Assembly: GCF_018350175.1 (NCBI RefSeq) | Contig: NC_058368.1 | Coordinates: forward strand, 164,488,001-164,552,000 | Length of the DNA stretch: 64,000 nucleotides | Source: Felis catus | Lineage: Eukaryota | Direction: 5' to 3' | Part shown: in pieces, positions 52,694 to 64,000 of the stretch | How positions within the stretch are numbered: the first letter of the stretch is position 1 | How the letters are laid out: each line of letters opens with the position of its first letter | Program-made: the position numbers and the translations under genes | Notes under the pieces: generated by a model | Seen by the model: only the letters and a program-made list of their open reading frames with translations | Told to the model about the DNA's origin: nothing | The model's database searches: none

Positions 52694-53612
52694 TTTGGAT
52701 AGTCCCTGGAGTGGTGAGGATCTGCAGGACACTTCCCCTGTGCTGTGGTGTATAACTGGAGTTGGTGGGCGGGGCTGCAGTCCACCCTGATGTCTGCCCC
52801 CAGCCCATAGCTGGGGCCACAGTCAGACTGGTGTGTGCCTTCTCTTCCCCTCTCCTAGGGGCGGGATTCACTGTGGGGTGGTGTGGCCTGTTTGGGCTAC
52901 TTGCACACTGCCAGGCGTGTGATGCTGGGGATCTGGCGTATTAGCTGGGGTGGGTAGGCAAGGTGCATGGGGGCAGGAGGGGCAGGCTTAGCTCGCTTCT
53001 CCTTAGGTGATCCACTTCAGGAGGGGCCCTGTGGCAGCGCGAGGGTGTCAGACCCGCTGCCGGAGGGTTGGCTCCACAGAAGCACAGCGTTGCCTGTTTG
53101 TGCTGAGCGAGCAAGTTCCCTGGCAGGAACTGGTTCCCTTTGGGATTTTGGCTGGGGGATGGGCGAGGAAGATGGTGCTGGCGAGCTCCTTTGTTCCCCA
53201 CCAAACTGAGCTCTGTTTTCCCGGGGTTCAGCAACTCTCCCTCCCTTTGTTCTCCAGCCTTCCCACTTTCCGAGCAGAGCTGTTAACTTATGACCTCCCA
53301 GATGCTAAGTCACGCTTGCTGTGAGAATACACTCCATCAGGCCCCTCCGCTTTTGCAAGCCAGACTCGGAGGCTCTGCTTGGGCGGTAGGCTGCCCCTCC
53401 ACCCGGGCTCTCTCCCTCCAGTCCGTGCAGCGCGCACCACCTCGCTGCCCTTCCTACCCTCTTCCGTGGGCCTCTCGTTTGCGCTTGGCTCTGGAGACTC
53501 TGTTCTGCTAGTCTGGTGGTTTTCTGGGTTATTTAGGCAGGTGTAGGTGGAATCTAAGTGATCAGCAGGACGCGTGGTGAGCCCAGCGTCCTCCTACGCT
53601 GCCATCTTCTCT
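52694..53612 (-). promoter_or_regulatory. L1 5'UTR internal Pol II promoter with YY1-type site
   Basis: Only extended GC/CpG-rich stretch in the window, directly upstream of ORF1; AAGATGGC at its 5' end. Confidence 0.8.
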
Positions 53613-53700
53613 TATTTTCGGGAAATCTCTATTTTTAAGGGTGTCTCCCTCACTGTACTAAGAAGAAGACAGTACCTAAATCTCTAGAATGTTATCCCTG

Positions 53701-53870
53701 GTCATGTGACCTTTTATAACTATCATAATTAGTTGCCTCAGTTTCATCATGTATAAAATCACTATTTTATTATAGCTAATTCTCAGGCTTATTATTAAGA
53801 GAATCAACTGACTTAAAATATGTACAAAACTTCAAATTGTGTTTGGCAAGTAGCAATAATGTGATAAATG
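53701..53870 (+). mobile_element. MIR, 3' half (split by the full-length L1)
   Basis: gtgacctt...tgcctcagtttcatcatgtataaaat resembles the MIR core. Confidence 0.65.
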
Positions 53871-54112
53871 TCAGCGTATTATATCATTAACCAAATGCTG
53901 GTACATACTTAGGTCTTTTGAAAGAGCCCAATACATACTACTATTGATTTATTTTACTTGTCATCTTATTCAGATGACAAAGAACTGATGGAAATGAATA
54001 TATGGACTTCTATACTTCTGTGAAATTTTGTCTCCTGGGAAAATTTGACCCTTTTCTCATTTACTGGCATCAAGTTCTGACCTTCCCTTCTAACTGAAAA
54101 AGAAATAATTTT

Positions 54113-54308
54113 GGGGTGCCTGGATGATTCAGTTGGTTAAGCATTTAACTAACTTGGTTGGTTTCAGCTCAGGTCATGATCTCATGCTTTGTGAGTTTGA
54201 GTCCTGCATTGGGTTCCTCGCTGAAGGTGTCCCTCTCTTTGCCCCTCCTGCATTCACTCTGTCTCTCTGTCAAAATAAACAAATAAAATCAAAAAATTAA
54301 AAAAAAAA
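54113..54308 (+). mobile_element. Can-SINE (diverged, internal deletion)
   Basis: ggggtgcctgg head, ctcaggtcatgatctc, A tail. Confidence 0.88.
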
Positions 54309-54809
54309 TATGTATCTTATTATCAAATAAAGATAAAATGAGTTTATTGTATGTATAGAGCAAGTACACTGAATGAAAGCATTTTTGGGTTGGCTCTACT
54401 GGAGGTAAAGCTCTGGATGGGCTAGCTGCAGGTATGTTCAGACATTGTTATTTTTTCTGTTTATGGCTTATATTCACAAGGGAGAGGGAGTCTGATTAAT
54501 ATTGGTCATGTGCCCACACTTTACCCCAGAAAAGGCAAGAAAACTTGAAGGACAGCCCCACCAATTCTCATTTTATCACAATACTGTGAACCCTTTGTAG
54601 AAAATGTAGGCACAATTAAGCACACTGGGAGATGGGATGCTATGTTTGTATATAGTGTTCCTTCACTGTTGTAAATAGTATTATCCAAAATCAAAGTCTC
54701 TGAAAAGCATAATGTGTGGTCAGATACTCAAGTACTCAATGGCCTAGTTTAAACCATGATTTAAAGTACTAGAGCAGATGATTTCAAGCTCTTTTTATAC
54801 TATATTTTT

Positions 54810-54930
54810 TTCACTCAGAATATGATACCTAGAGTGCTATTCACTAAGAATATGATACCTAGAATATGATACCTGTCATATTCACTAAGAACATGATCCC
54901 TAGATTATGATACCCAAGAATATGATACCT
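54810..54930. repeat. Irregular minisatellite of an agaatatgatacct unit (6 copies)
   Basis: Directly visible; three copies are preceded by ttcact. Confidence 0.9.
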
Positions 54931-55839
54931 CAACTCAATATTATGTGTATTAAACTTGAGAAATTTATATACATGTGTAACTACTGATAATTTTAAATTA
55001 TAAGTCATGCAAAAATATAAATTAAGGATGAGATATGAAAAATAGAAATAGAAATTCAAATATTTTCTTCCTCTCTTATCTTGGGTGACTCTTTTGTGCT
55101 GGAGACTGATAAAATTGATTGAATGTACAGTATGTTAGGTATCCTATGTAAATGATATTTTTTTCTCTCCATCAAGATTGGATAGCATTAGAAAGCCACA
55201 AACCAGAGACCTGCCTAAAGAGCAAGTACTTTTCATTATAGTTTGATAGCAGATGCATGTGTGTTGGTGATGGAGCATCCATGAAGCTTACCATATCATT
55301 GTCATACAGAGGGATCCCGCTAGAGCACTTTGTCCTTAGACTAGGAGCTGCTCCCTAGTACCTTTCTTGTGATCCCTTTGGTGATTCTCTAAAATCTTCC
55401 ATAAGAGTGTAAGGACCTTTCTTTCCTAGAATTCAAAATCATTTGGTGAGGCTTCTGCCTCTTCTAAATAACCTTCTTTTGCATTATTAACAGGTCCATG
55501 AGTCACCATTATCAACAGAAATAATGTTATCTTTCCTTTAGACAGGGAAATTAAATAGTACCTGTGTATCACATATAATCACTCCCATTTAGCAGTTAGC
55601 AGTGACAACTGTGCTTTTGAAAAGACTACAAATTTTGCATAGCTTCAGGTTCCTAAAGTTCTCAGTGGTCTGACCTCTGAATAAATTTCATTATATGTAA
55701 TACGAAATGCTATCTTTGCTGTTAGAGATTAGTGAGAAGTTAAGTGGGTGATTGTGGATTTGCAGGTTTTTGAACTGTTAGCAATAGTTGTTTAGCTTTG
55801 ATGCGGTATTTTGTGGCAAAGAGAGGGACACCTTCAGCG

Positions 55840-55940
55840 AGGAGCCCAATGCAGGGCTCAAACTCACAAACCATGAGATCATGACCTGAGCTGAAACCAA
55901 GGGTTAGATGCTTAACCAACTAAGCCACCCAGGCACCCCC
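55840..55940 (-). mobile_element. Can-SINE, 5' half only
   Basis: gagcccaatgcagggctcaaactcac...gccacccaggcacccc; no (GA)n tract or tail. Confidence 0.85.
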
Positions 55941-56580
55941 AAAAATATATATTATATTCATAATATAATCAAAACTCTTTTTGGTAGATCTATTTCCAAT
56001 ATGTCCAGAGAGATGGGATTTTGTACATGTAGTAGGAGTTACTTTTAATAAACCAAAAAGTTACCACAATTTCCAAGCATTAAATTCCCTTTTGTTTTTT
56101 AAAGATGTTAATAGAATATTCAGATATTAAAATATTTTGAATTACATAATGTACCAAAAGATCAAAACAACTTATTTCTTCATTAAATAGATATAAAGGT
56201 ATATATGCTTTTTAGCATCCAGTACAATATAGCTTCACCAATATATTAGGCAAAGTGCTAATATTTTTTTGTTATTTTTTAACCTACAAACAGTGCTTTC
56301 ACATGGTTCAAATATGTTAACAAAGGTTTGTCAGTAATAAACCTTTCTTCACTTCTAAATCATCTTTTTGTATCATATTTGATATTATGAAATTATTTGA
56401 TAAAATTGACTTCAAGTTTCTTAATTTATATTGACAAAAGTTTTGAAGGCAAAAAAGAATCAATTATGTGTATGCTTAAAAATAACTTTAATAGGTACAA
56501 AGATAATACAAACTTACTGTTTAAGAGTTTTTAAAGAATAAAACGGTTCTTCAGATTTTACCTAAATTACCATAAATTCT

Positions 56581-56794
56581 TTTTTTTTTTTAACGTTTAT
56601 TTATTTTTGAGACAGAGAGAGACACAGCATGAACGGGGGAGGGGCAGAGAGAGAGGGAGACACAGAATTGGAAGCACGCTCCAGGCTCTGAGCCATCAGC
56701 CCAGAGCCCGATGCGGGGCTCGAACTCACGGACCGCGAGATCGTGACCTGAGCTGAAGTTGGCCGCTTAACCGACTGAGCCACCCAGGCGCCCC
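56581..56794 (-). mobile_element. Young felid Can-SINE
   Basis: Perfect 17-bp TSD aaattaccataaattct at 56564-56580 and 56796-56812. Confidence 0.96.
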
Positions 56795-58176
56795 GAAATT
56801 ACCATAAATTCTAAATTGATACAGTTAAGTATAATGGAAAAATGTCCTTATCTGATGTAATAAAAAGATAGTTATACTTTTTCTGGCAATATGTTAAGTC
56901 AGCATTAAGACTATATGTAGTTCATCTTCTTTTTTAAAAAAATATAAAATAAGGATATTTGTCATATGAGAAAAATAATAGAAACCTACTTTGCCTCAGC
57001 AAGAATATGCAGTAAGTTCTTGAGATCGTGTTGGCACGTCAATGGCTGTCCAAAATGACAATGGATAAGATCATATAAAATCGATGTACATGTTGCTATT
57101 CTTGTATTTTCTGTGTAGATTTCATAGCTTCCACCACTCTTGCTTTATAATCCTGAGATAAGGGATTGAGTTCTTACTGAAAGGATTTTTGTGACTTTCT
57201 GGAGATGAAATATGTGGCCTACAGATTCATGAGAATTATAGCAGCACGAGCATGAGGGGACTTAACAGTGTTGGGTGTATTCCAGTAATAATCTTTTAAG
57301 GAATTCCTTAGGGGTAGTTTCCTCAAAAGAAAAATTGCAAAAAGAAAAATAGACAAGAGTTTTATTATAGCTTTTATATATGATCTTTAAACAGTAAATA
57401 GTAAAGATTTTTAAACCAAATTGAAAATGCAAAATAAATTGTGGCAGTTTAAAATATTCTCCCAGAAATCTTCTTTGAATTAATTAAATGTCTGATTTTA
57501 TCATATAATTTATCACAATGGTCAGTAATCTCTAATTCATTTATCTGTCTTCCCTGGTGAAATATTAGCATACACAGACCAGTTTTCATCTCTAATTCAA
57601 CACTGTATATACTCAATCCCAATCACAGTACCTGAGTACTTATTAAATATTTATAGAATGAATAGAATGAGTAAATATGCTAGTGTTATATTTAAACAAG
57701 GGCATATGTGTGTAAATTTGAGTGTATGAGTCCTTTTTTTTTCACTAGAATTAATTTTTTTAGGAAATTAGGCTCTGGCTTTTTTTGGTGTGATTTATTG
57801 ATTTGTTTTTTGCTTAACATATGAAAAGTAGGTTTGAAACTATCAACAGTAAAAGCCATTCTTTATGTTATAAATGGAAAGGAATATATTTGCCTTTTTT
57901 TTTTCCTTGGTGATGAAGCTGCGACTCCTCATTCCTAAGTTTTACGTGTAGTGAACTGGCAAAACAAAAACAAAAAACAAAGCAAAAGAACATTTAAAAA
58001 GTCAGGCGATTTGATAATTACATAGGAAAAGTTTTCAGTAATATATTAGAAATCTATTGGCCTTTTGTACATTGTGGCTTATACTTTAAATACAAAATTT
58101 TCATGTTGGAATTCAAAATTATATTCACAAAAATGTCAGTGAATAAATGTATAAGAATGAGAGGACTTATACAATT

Positions 58177-58386
58177 TATTATTTTAGTTTTTAGAAAGAG
58201 TGAAAGAGAGCATGTGAGTGAGGGAGAGGGACAGAGGGGTAGAGAGAGAGAGACAGAGAGAATCACAAGCAGGCTTCAGGCTCAGCACAGAACCTGATGC
58301 AGGGCTTGATTCCATGACCCTGGAATCATGACCTGAGCAGAAATCAAGAGTTAAATGCTCAACCAACTGGGCCACCCAGGCACCCC
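58177..58386 (-). mobile_element. Can-SINE
   Basis: TSD aggacttatacaatt at 58162-58176 and 58391-58405. Confidence 0.93.
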
Positions 58387-58508
58387 AGACAGGACTTATA
58401 CAATTATGTAGCAGTATTAGGATGCAATGAAAAATTATTTTTGACCATCTTGCTTAAAATGATTTCAGAACATTATCTAGTATATTTTAATAATTTTTAA
58501 ATATTGTT

Positions 58509-58720
58509 GGGGCGCCTGGGTGGCGCAGTCGGTTAAGCGTCCGACTTCAGCCAGGTCACGATCTCGCGGTCCGTGAGTTCAAGCCCCCCGTCTGGCTCTG
58601 GGCTGATGGCTCAGAGCCTGGAGCCTGTTTCCGATTCTGTGTCTCCCTCTCTCTCTGCCCCTCCCCCGTTCATACTCTGTCTCTCTCTGTCCCAAAAATA
58701 AATAAATGTTAAAAAAAATT
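58509..58720 (+). mobile_element. Young felid Can-SINE
   Basis: ggggcgcctgggtggcgcagtcggttaagcgtccgacttcagccagg head; TSD-like taaat(a/g)ttgtt. Confidence 0.96.
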
Positions 58721-59674
58721 TTTTTTAAATGTTGTTTAATTTTATTAGTATTTGCACTTATTTACAAATGATTTTCCACCCTGTATCAAACTTCATAAAT
58801 ACTACACAAAGTATGTGCACCCTCATATTAATTGGATTATTACTTCTGAAAGTAAATGACAAAATGAATTTTAAAATCTGTAATCAAATGAAATATCTTT
58901 AAATCTACATTCTGTTTGGATTATGTAATTTTTTAAAATTCTTAGAGTATTAAATGCTAATACAGGCTCAAGTCATTTGTTCTTCATTTCCATTTTTGAG
59001 CTTTCATAACTATTAGCAGTAAAATTTTATTTTTAGTTTGAAAAAGTGATATAAAACAAGGAAAGAAATCTTACTAGTGAGATGATGTACAAATTTTTTT
59101 TATTTTAAACATGTAAAATTTGGGATAGTTTTATCTTGTCCTAATAGTTTCTTAGAAAACTGCTACATTCTTGTACAAATTTGGACCCATAATAGGTAAT
59201 GTGAGTGAAGTGTTTCCCAAAACTTAATATATCAATAACTCACCATTTAAAATACTTAAATTCAAATGTAATTTATTTCCCAAAACTTGTTCCAACCATC
59301 TTCTTTCTTTTCCTTAATTAAGTTAATTTTGATGATACCTCTACAGACTTTGGTTCAACAATAATTTGAACTGACTTCTATAACTCTCTTGGCAAAGACA
59401 TTAATTTTTAAATATTTGCTCCCTCAAGCAGTAATTTCACAGATATAATTGCAGTGAACCACACCTATGCTATTATTATATTAAAGTTAATTTTATATCA
59501 TTAGTCCAACTAAAATGGTTCAAGTTAAAGAGCTTAAAGATTGCTATAAAACAGAATATTATTGATACATAGCCATAGAGATCTGCATTGCCATAGAGTG
59601 CTAAAGGTGGAAATAGCTCAGTGATTGTCTAATCTAAAAATTTGCTCTCGTAGTTGAAAAAAAATAGTGGTTCA

Positions 59675-59866
59675 GGGCACCTGGGTGGCTCATTTGGTTG
59701 AGCGTGCCACTTCGGTTCAGGTCATGATCTTGTGGTTTATGAATTTGAGCCTCGCATCAGGCTCACTGCTGTCAGCCTGTCAACACAGAGCCCACTTTAG
59801 ATCCTCTGTCCCCCTTTCTTCCTCTTCCCAACTTGTACTCTCCCAAAAATACATAAATATTTTTAT
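59675..59866 (+). mobile_element. Can-SINE (older)
   Basis: TSD aaaat(a/t)gtggttca. Confidence 0.9.
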
Positions 59867-59920
59867 AAAATTGTGGTTCAAGAATAAATGTCCAACAAAC
59901 CAGAACTATGTCTCATTTTT

Positions 59921-60159
59921 TTTCTTTCTTTTTTTTTTTTTGTATATTTTTTTCAACGTTTTTTATTTATTTTTGGGACAGAGAGAGACAGAGCATGAAC
60001 GGGGGAGGGGCAGAGAGAGAGGGAGACACAGAATCGGAAACAGGCTCCAAGCTCGGAGCCATCAGCCCAGAGCCTGACGCGGGGCTCGAACTCAGGGGCC
60101 GCGAGATCGTGACCTGGCTGAAGTCGGATGCTTAACCGACTGCGCCACCCAGGCGCCCC
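59921..60159 (-). mobile_element. Young felid Can-SINE
   Basis: CpG-rich body; TSD atgtctcattttt on both sides. Confidence 0.96.
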
Positions 60160-61030
60160 ATGTCTCATTTTTAACAAAGTGCTTGTTCTTCCATTATACA
60201 AGTGTTTAATATGCTACAATGTTTCTGATACTATATTTTCAGCTAAGCTTTGATTTTCAATCTCCAATTGAATCTCAGTAGATTCTACTTAGATGCTCCA
60301 CTGTTAACATTCACTAAGACCAAAAAAAGTAAATATATCTTCTTACACTTCCAAATCTGGGTTATCGGCATTAATACTTGAAATACTTAAATCAACATTT
60401 ACTCTCCTCTCCTATAGAATCGCTCATCAAGTAATAAAATAGCTAGCAATATATAATAGATATAGGTCTGAGTACGTTATGTGGATCATCTGATTACCTC
60501 TCAGAGGAATCTATAAATGAATTATAAAATGTAAATGAATCTATACTTCCCGCTTAAAAAGGGTAAATGATCTTATATAATGGAACTTGCTCATAGACAC
60601 AATGTTATTGGTTCACCCAGGTTTTACTGGAGATCATCTGAGTCACAGCTCTCTCCAATGACTACTGTAATACTTGTCCCACTAGAAATTTCCCTTAAAA
60701 TTTCCTGCTTTATTTTTCTTTCCTTTCATTCTGCTATGATGACTTTATTCCACAATCATGTATTAACAGATGCCTGTGGAGTGAGATGGCTGAAAAAGGT
60801 ATTTATAGTAAAGAGATAGTTGATATAATAAAAAGTTTTTTCAGGATAATAGATGTATAGAGAGTGGAAGTGGGTTACATGTTTTAAAAGCTGGCAATCT
60901 CAAATTTAAATTTGAGTGAAGTAAAATAAATGTGGATTTTACTAACAAGATGTAGTCTTTTCTGGAATATCACTTTTCACAGCTTCCAAGACTTGGCTGT
61001 TACCCTTTACAATTATTTGCCCCTATACAG

Positions 61031-61032
<2 letters not shown>

Positions 61033-61118
<86 letters not shown>

Positions 61119-61290
61119 GGGTGCATATATTCCTTTGAATATTGAATATATATTGAATATGTGTGTATATATGTATATATATATGTATATATGTATATAT
61201 ATGTATATGTATATGTATATATGTATTTATGTATATATATGTATATATATGTATATGTATATATATATACACACACACACATATATATAT
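61033..61290. repeat. (GT)n(AT)n and (TATATG)n-like compound repeat
   Basis: Directly visible. Confidence 0.95.
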
Positions 61291-62439
61291 GAATTAGTCA
61301 CTGACCTTATTTATTTATTTTTTCTCTGAAATACTCCTCTCAGCTAGTTCAGTGACTATTTCATTCAATAGTTCCATTAGTCAGGTAACTTAACTTTTTA
61401 CATCCAATTAAAGTTCTGGGTAAGACTATAGGACACTTACTTTTTGGGGGATTGTAAACATAGATTATTGGACAAATCTAAAAGTAGATAAACTAACATG
61501 TTGATTTCCAACATCATCTAGTAGTGGTGTGCAATGTAAGAATTAAAATTTGTCTTACAAAAAGTGCTAGCATTAAGCCAAAACTAAAATATAAATGTTC
61601 CTGGGAGGTTATGCTTTGATATTATTAGACTATACCTTATTGAAGAACGATTTTTGAGAGAAATTTTTGTTTAATAAAGGCTACCATTATTGTTGTTGTT
61701 GTTAAACAAATCCCCAAATTCCCCAACTTGGTAGCTGCACCAATTATAGTTTTTCTCAGACCCTGTAGCAGGAGGCTTAAGGAGAGTTAAAATGGGTACG
61801 AATGACAATGGAAGTCTCCCAGGGGTAATACCTTCCATGGAGAATACTTTGAACAATAGACAAGTTTATCGACTAAAAACAGAAGGTGATTTTGCCCAAG
61901 GAGGAGATGCTATGATAGTTTTTAACCATTATATTTTATGTAACCTATATTTTGGCTACATTATGTTCTAAGTTGGATCTTATGAATAGTGTTAGTAGTT
62001 CTTAGTGAGTTATAAATCATATTTTGCATCTGTTCCTGATTTGGAGGCTTTTTATATTTGGAGTATTAATACTAATTACAATAATTTTATATATAACATC
62101 TGTCCTAGTCTCAAAGAATTCATGAAGTCATAACCTAAGCATACATAAAAAAGGAGTTTATATTACTGAATTAAAATGAGACCACTTATTCAAATTCAGA
62201 TTTTTTTACTCAAATTTATTGTTAAAAATATATAGTATGAAGATTATTGAATGAACATAATTGCATAATACAGTGGTAATATACTTTTCATATACATGGG
62301 TTTTACAAATATAGAACATGGGTTTCTATAGAATTAAAAATACCTAATGGGCCTATTATATCTACAAACTATATTTAATCATTTAATATTTACTTCATAT
62401 CTTTTAAGATTATTATAATCATACTAAATATTATTTACT

Positions 62440-64000
62440 GTTTTAAAGTTTTTGTTTTAATTCCAGTTAGTTAACTTACGGTCTTATATTAGTTTTAGGT
62501 GCACAATATAGTAATTTAACACTTGTATATAACACCTTGTGCTGATCACAAGTGCCCTCCTTAATCAACCCAACCCCCTACCCAATTCCTTTTTGGTAAT
62601 CATCAGTTTGTTCTCTGTAGTTCAGAATCTGTTTCTTGATTTTCCTTTCTCTTTTTTCCCCCTTTTCTTGTTTATTTGTTTCTTAAATTCCACATGTGAG
62701 TGAAATCATATATTTGTCTTTCTCTGACTGACTGACTTCACTTAGCATATTACTCTGTAACTCTATCCACGTCATTGCAAATGGCAATATTTCATTCTTT
62801 TTTATGACTGAGTAGTATTCCATTGTGTATATATGCTACTCTTCTTTGTTCATCAGTCAGTGGACACTTGGGCTGTTTCCATACTTTAGCTGTTGTAGAT
62901 GCTGCTGCTATAAACATTGGGGTGCATTTATCCCTTTGAATTAGTTTTTTTTTTTTAAATTTTTGGATAAGTACCTAGTGGTGCAATTATTGGACTGTAG
63001 GGAAGTTCTATTTTTTAACATTTTGAACAACCTCCATACTAATTTCCAGAGTGGCTGCACAAGTTTGCATTCTCACCAGCAGTGCAAGAGGGTTCCTCTT
63101 TCTCTGCATTCTTGCCAGTAGCTGATGTTTCCTGTGTTGATGATTTTAGCAATTCTGACAGGTGTGAGGTGATCTCTCATTGTAGTTTTGATTTGTATTT
63201 CCCTGATGATGAGTGATGTTGAGCATCTATCTTTTCATGTATCTTTTGGCCATCTGTATGTCTTATTTGGAAAAATGTCTATTCATGTCTTCTGCCCGTT
63301 TTTTAATTGGATTATTTGTCTTTTGGGTGTAGAGTTCCATCATTTCTTTATATATTTTGGATAACAACCCTTTATCAGATATGTTATTTGCAAACACCTT
63401 TTCTCATTCTGTAGGTTGACTTTTAGTTTTGTTGATCATTTCCTTTGCTGTGCACAGCTTTTTATTTCAGTGAAGTCCCAATAGTTTATTTTTGTTTTTG
63501 TTTCCCTTGCCTCAGGAGACATATCTAGAAAAAAGTTGCTATGGCTGATGTTAAAGAGGTTACTGCCAATGTTCTCCTCTAGTGTTTTCATGGTTTCAGG
63601 TCTCAGATTTAGGTCTTTAATCCATTTTGAATTTGTTTTTGTGTATAGTGTAAGACAGTGGTCCAGTCTGATTCTTTTGCATGTTGCTGCCCAGTTTTCC
63701 CGACACCGTTTGTTGAAGAGACATTCTTTCTCCCATTAGATATTCTTTCATTCTTTGTTGAAGATTAATTGATTGTATAGTTGTGGGTTCCTTTCTGGAT
63801 TTTCTATTCTGTTTCATCAATCTATGTGTGTATTTCTGTGCCAGTACCATACTCCTTTGATCACTACAGCTTTGTAATATGACTTTGAAGCATGAAACTG
63901 TGATGCCTCCAGCTTTGCTTTTTCTTTTTCAAGGTTTCATTGCCTATTTGGTATCTTTTATGGTTTGATACAAAATTTAGAATTGTTTGTTCTAGTTCTG
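62440..64000 (-). mobile_element. Carnivore L1 3' portion, continues beyond the window
   Basis: Colinear with the 3' part of the full-length L1 (e.g. gtgcaagagggttcc, tttcctttgctgtgca, tgtgatgcctcc) but more diverged. Confidence 0.93.

Larger units (their letters stand above)
47701..53612 (-). mobile_element. Full-length felid LINE-1 (5'UTR, ORF1, ORF2, 3'UTR, short poly(A)); inactive
   Basis: ORF1 and ORF2 translations are typical L1. GC/CpG-rich 5'UTR begins at AAGATGGC (plus strand gccatctt 53601-53608). TSD gtcatgtgac(t/c)tttt at 47686-47700 and 53701-53715 (14/15 identical). Confidence 0.97.

Noticed and set aside
47711..53511. Many plus-strand ORFs over the L1
   Set aside because: Antisense shadows of ORF1/ORF2 and the GC-rich 5'UTR; no independent coding signal.
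61441..61477. 37-nt minus-strand exon-like segment (ctacttttag / gtaagt)
   Set aside because: Short, frame-shifting and unsupported; expected by chance in 64 kb.
654..63850. Remaining 60-130 aa ORFs in the track
   Set aside because: Derived from SINEs, L1s or microsatellites, or F/I/L/Y/K-biased chance frames of AT-rich DNA; none resembles a protein I recognise.

Overview
AT-rich mammalian genomic DNA from a felid: the Can-SINE copies carry the cat-type SINEC_Fc head, but the species cannot be fixed from sequence alone. I recognise no host protein-coding gene, so the window looks like a large intron or gene desert. It holds one full-length, recently inactivated LINE-1 on the minus strand (about 47.7-53.6 kb; ORF1 intact, ORF2 broken by five lesions) inserted into an old MIR. 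It also holds about 22 Can-SINEs (many with readable target-site duplications, TSDs), several truncated older L1s, L2/MIR/MaLR/MER21-like relics and microsatellites. The best observations are about 90 nt of non-L1 DNA inside the TSDs at the 5' end of the full-length L1 (candidate 5' transduction carrying the donor's own insertion site), a twin-priming inverted L1, two SINE pairs sharing target sites, several templated-insertion repair scars, a solo poly(A) insertion, a 72-nt minus-strand exon candidate and a few motif-dense putative enhancers. Repeat family names come from recalled consensus sequences, not a database search, and old-element boundaries are approximate. I found no evidence for a wholly new biological system.
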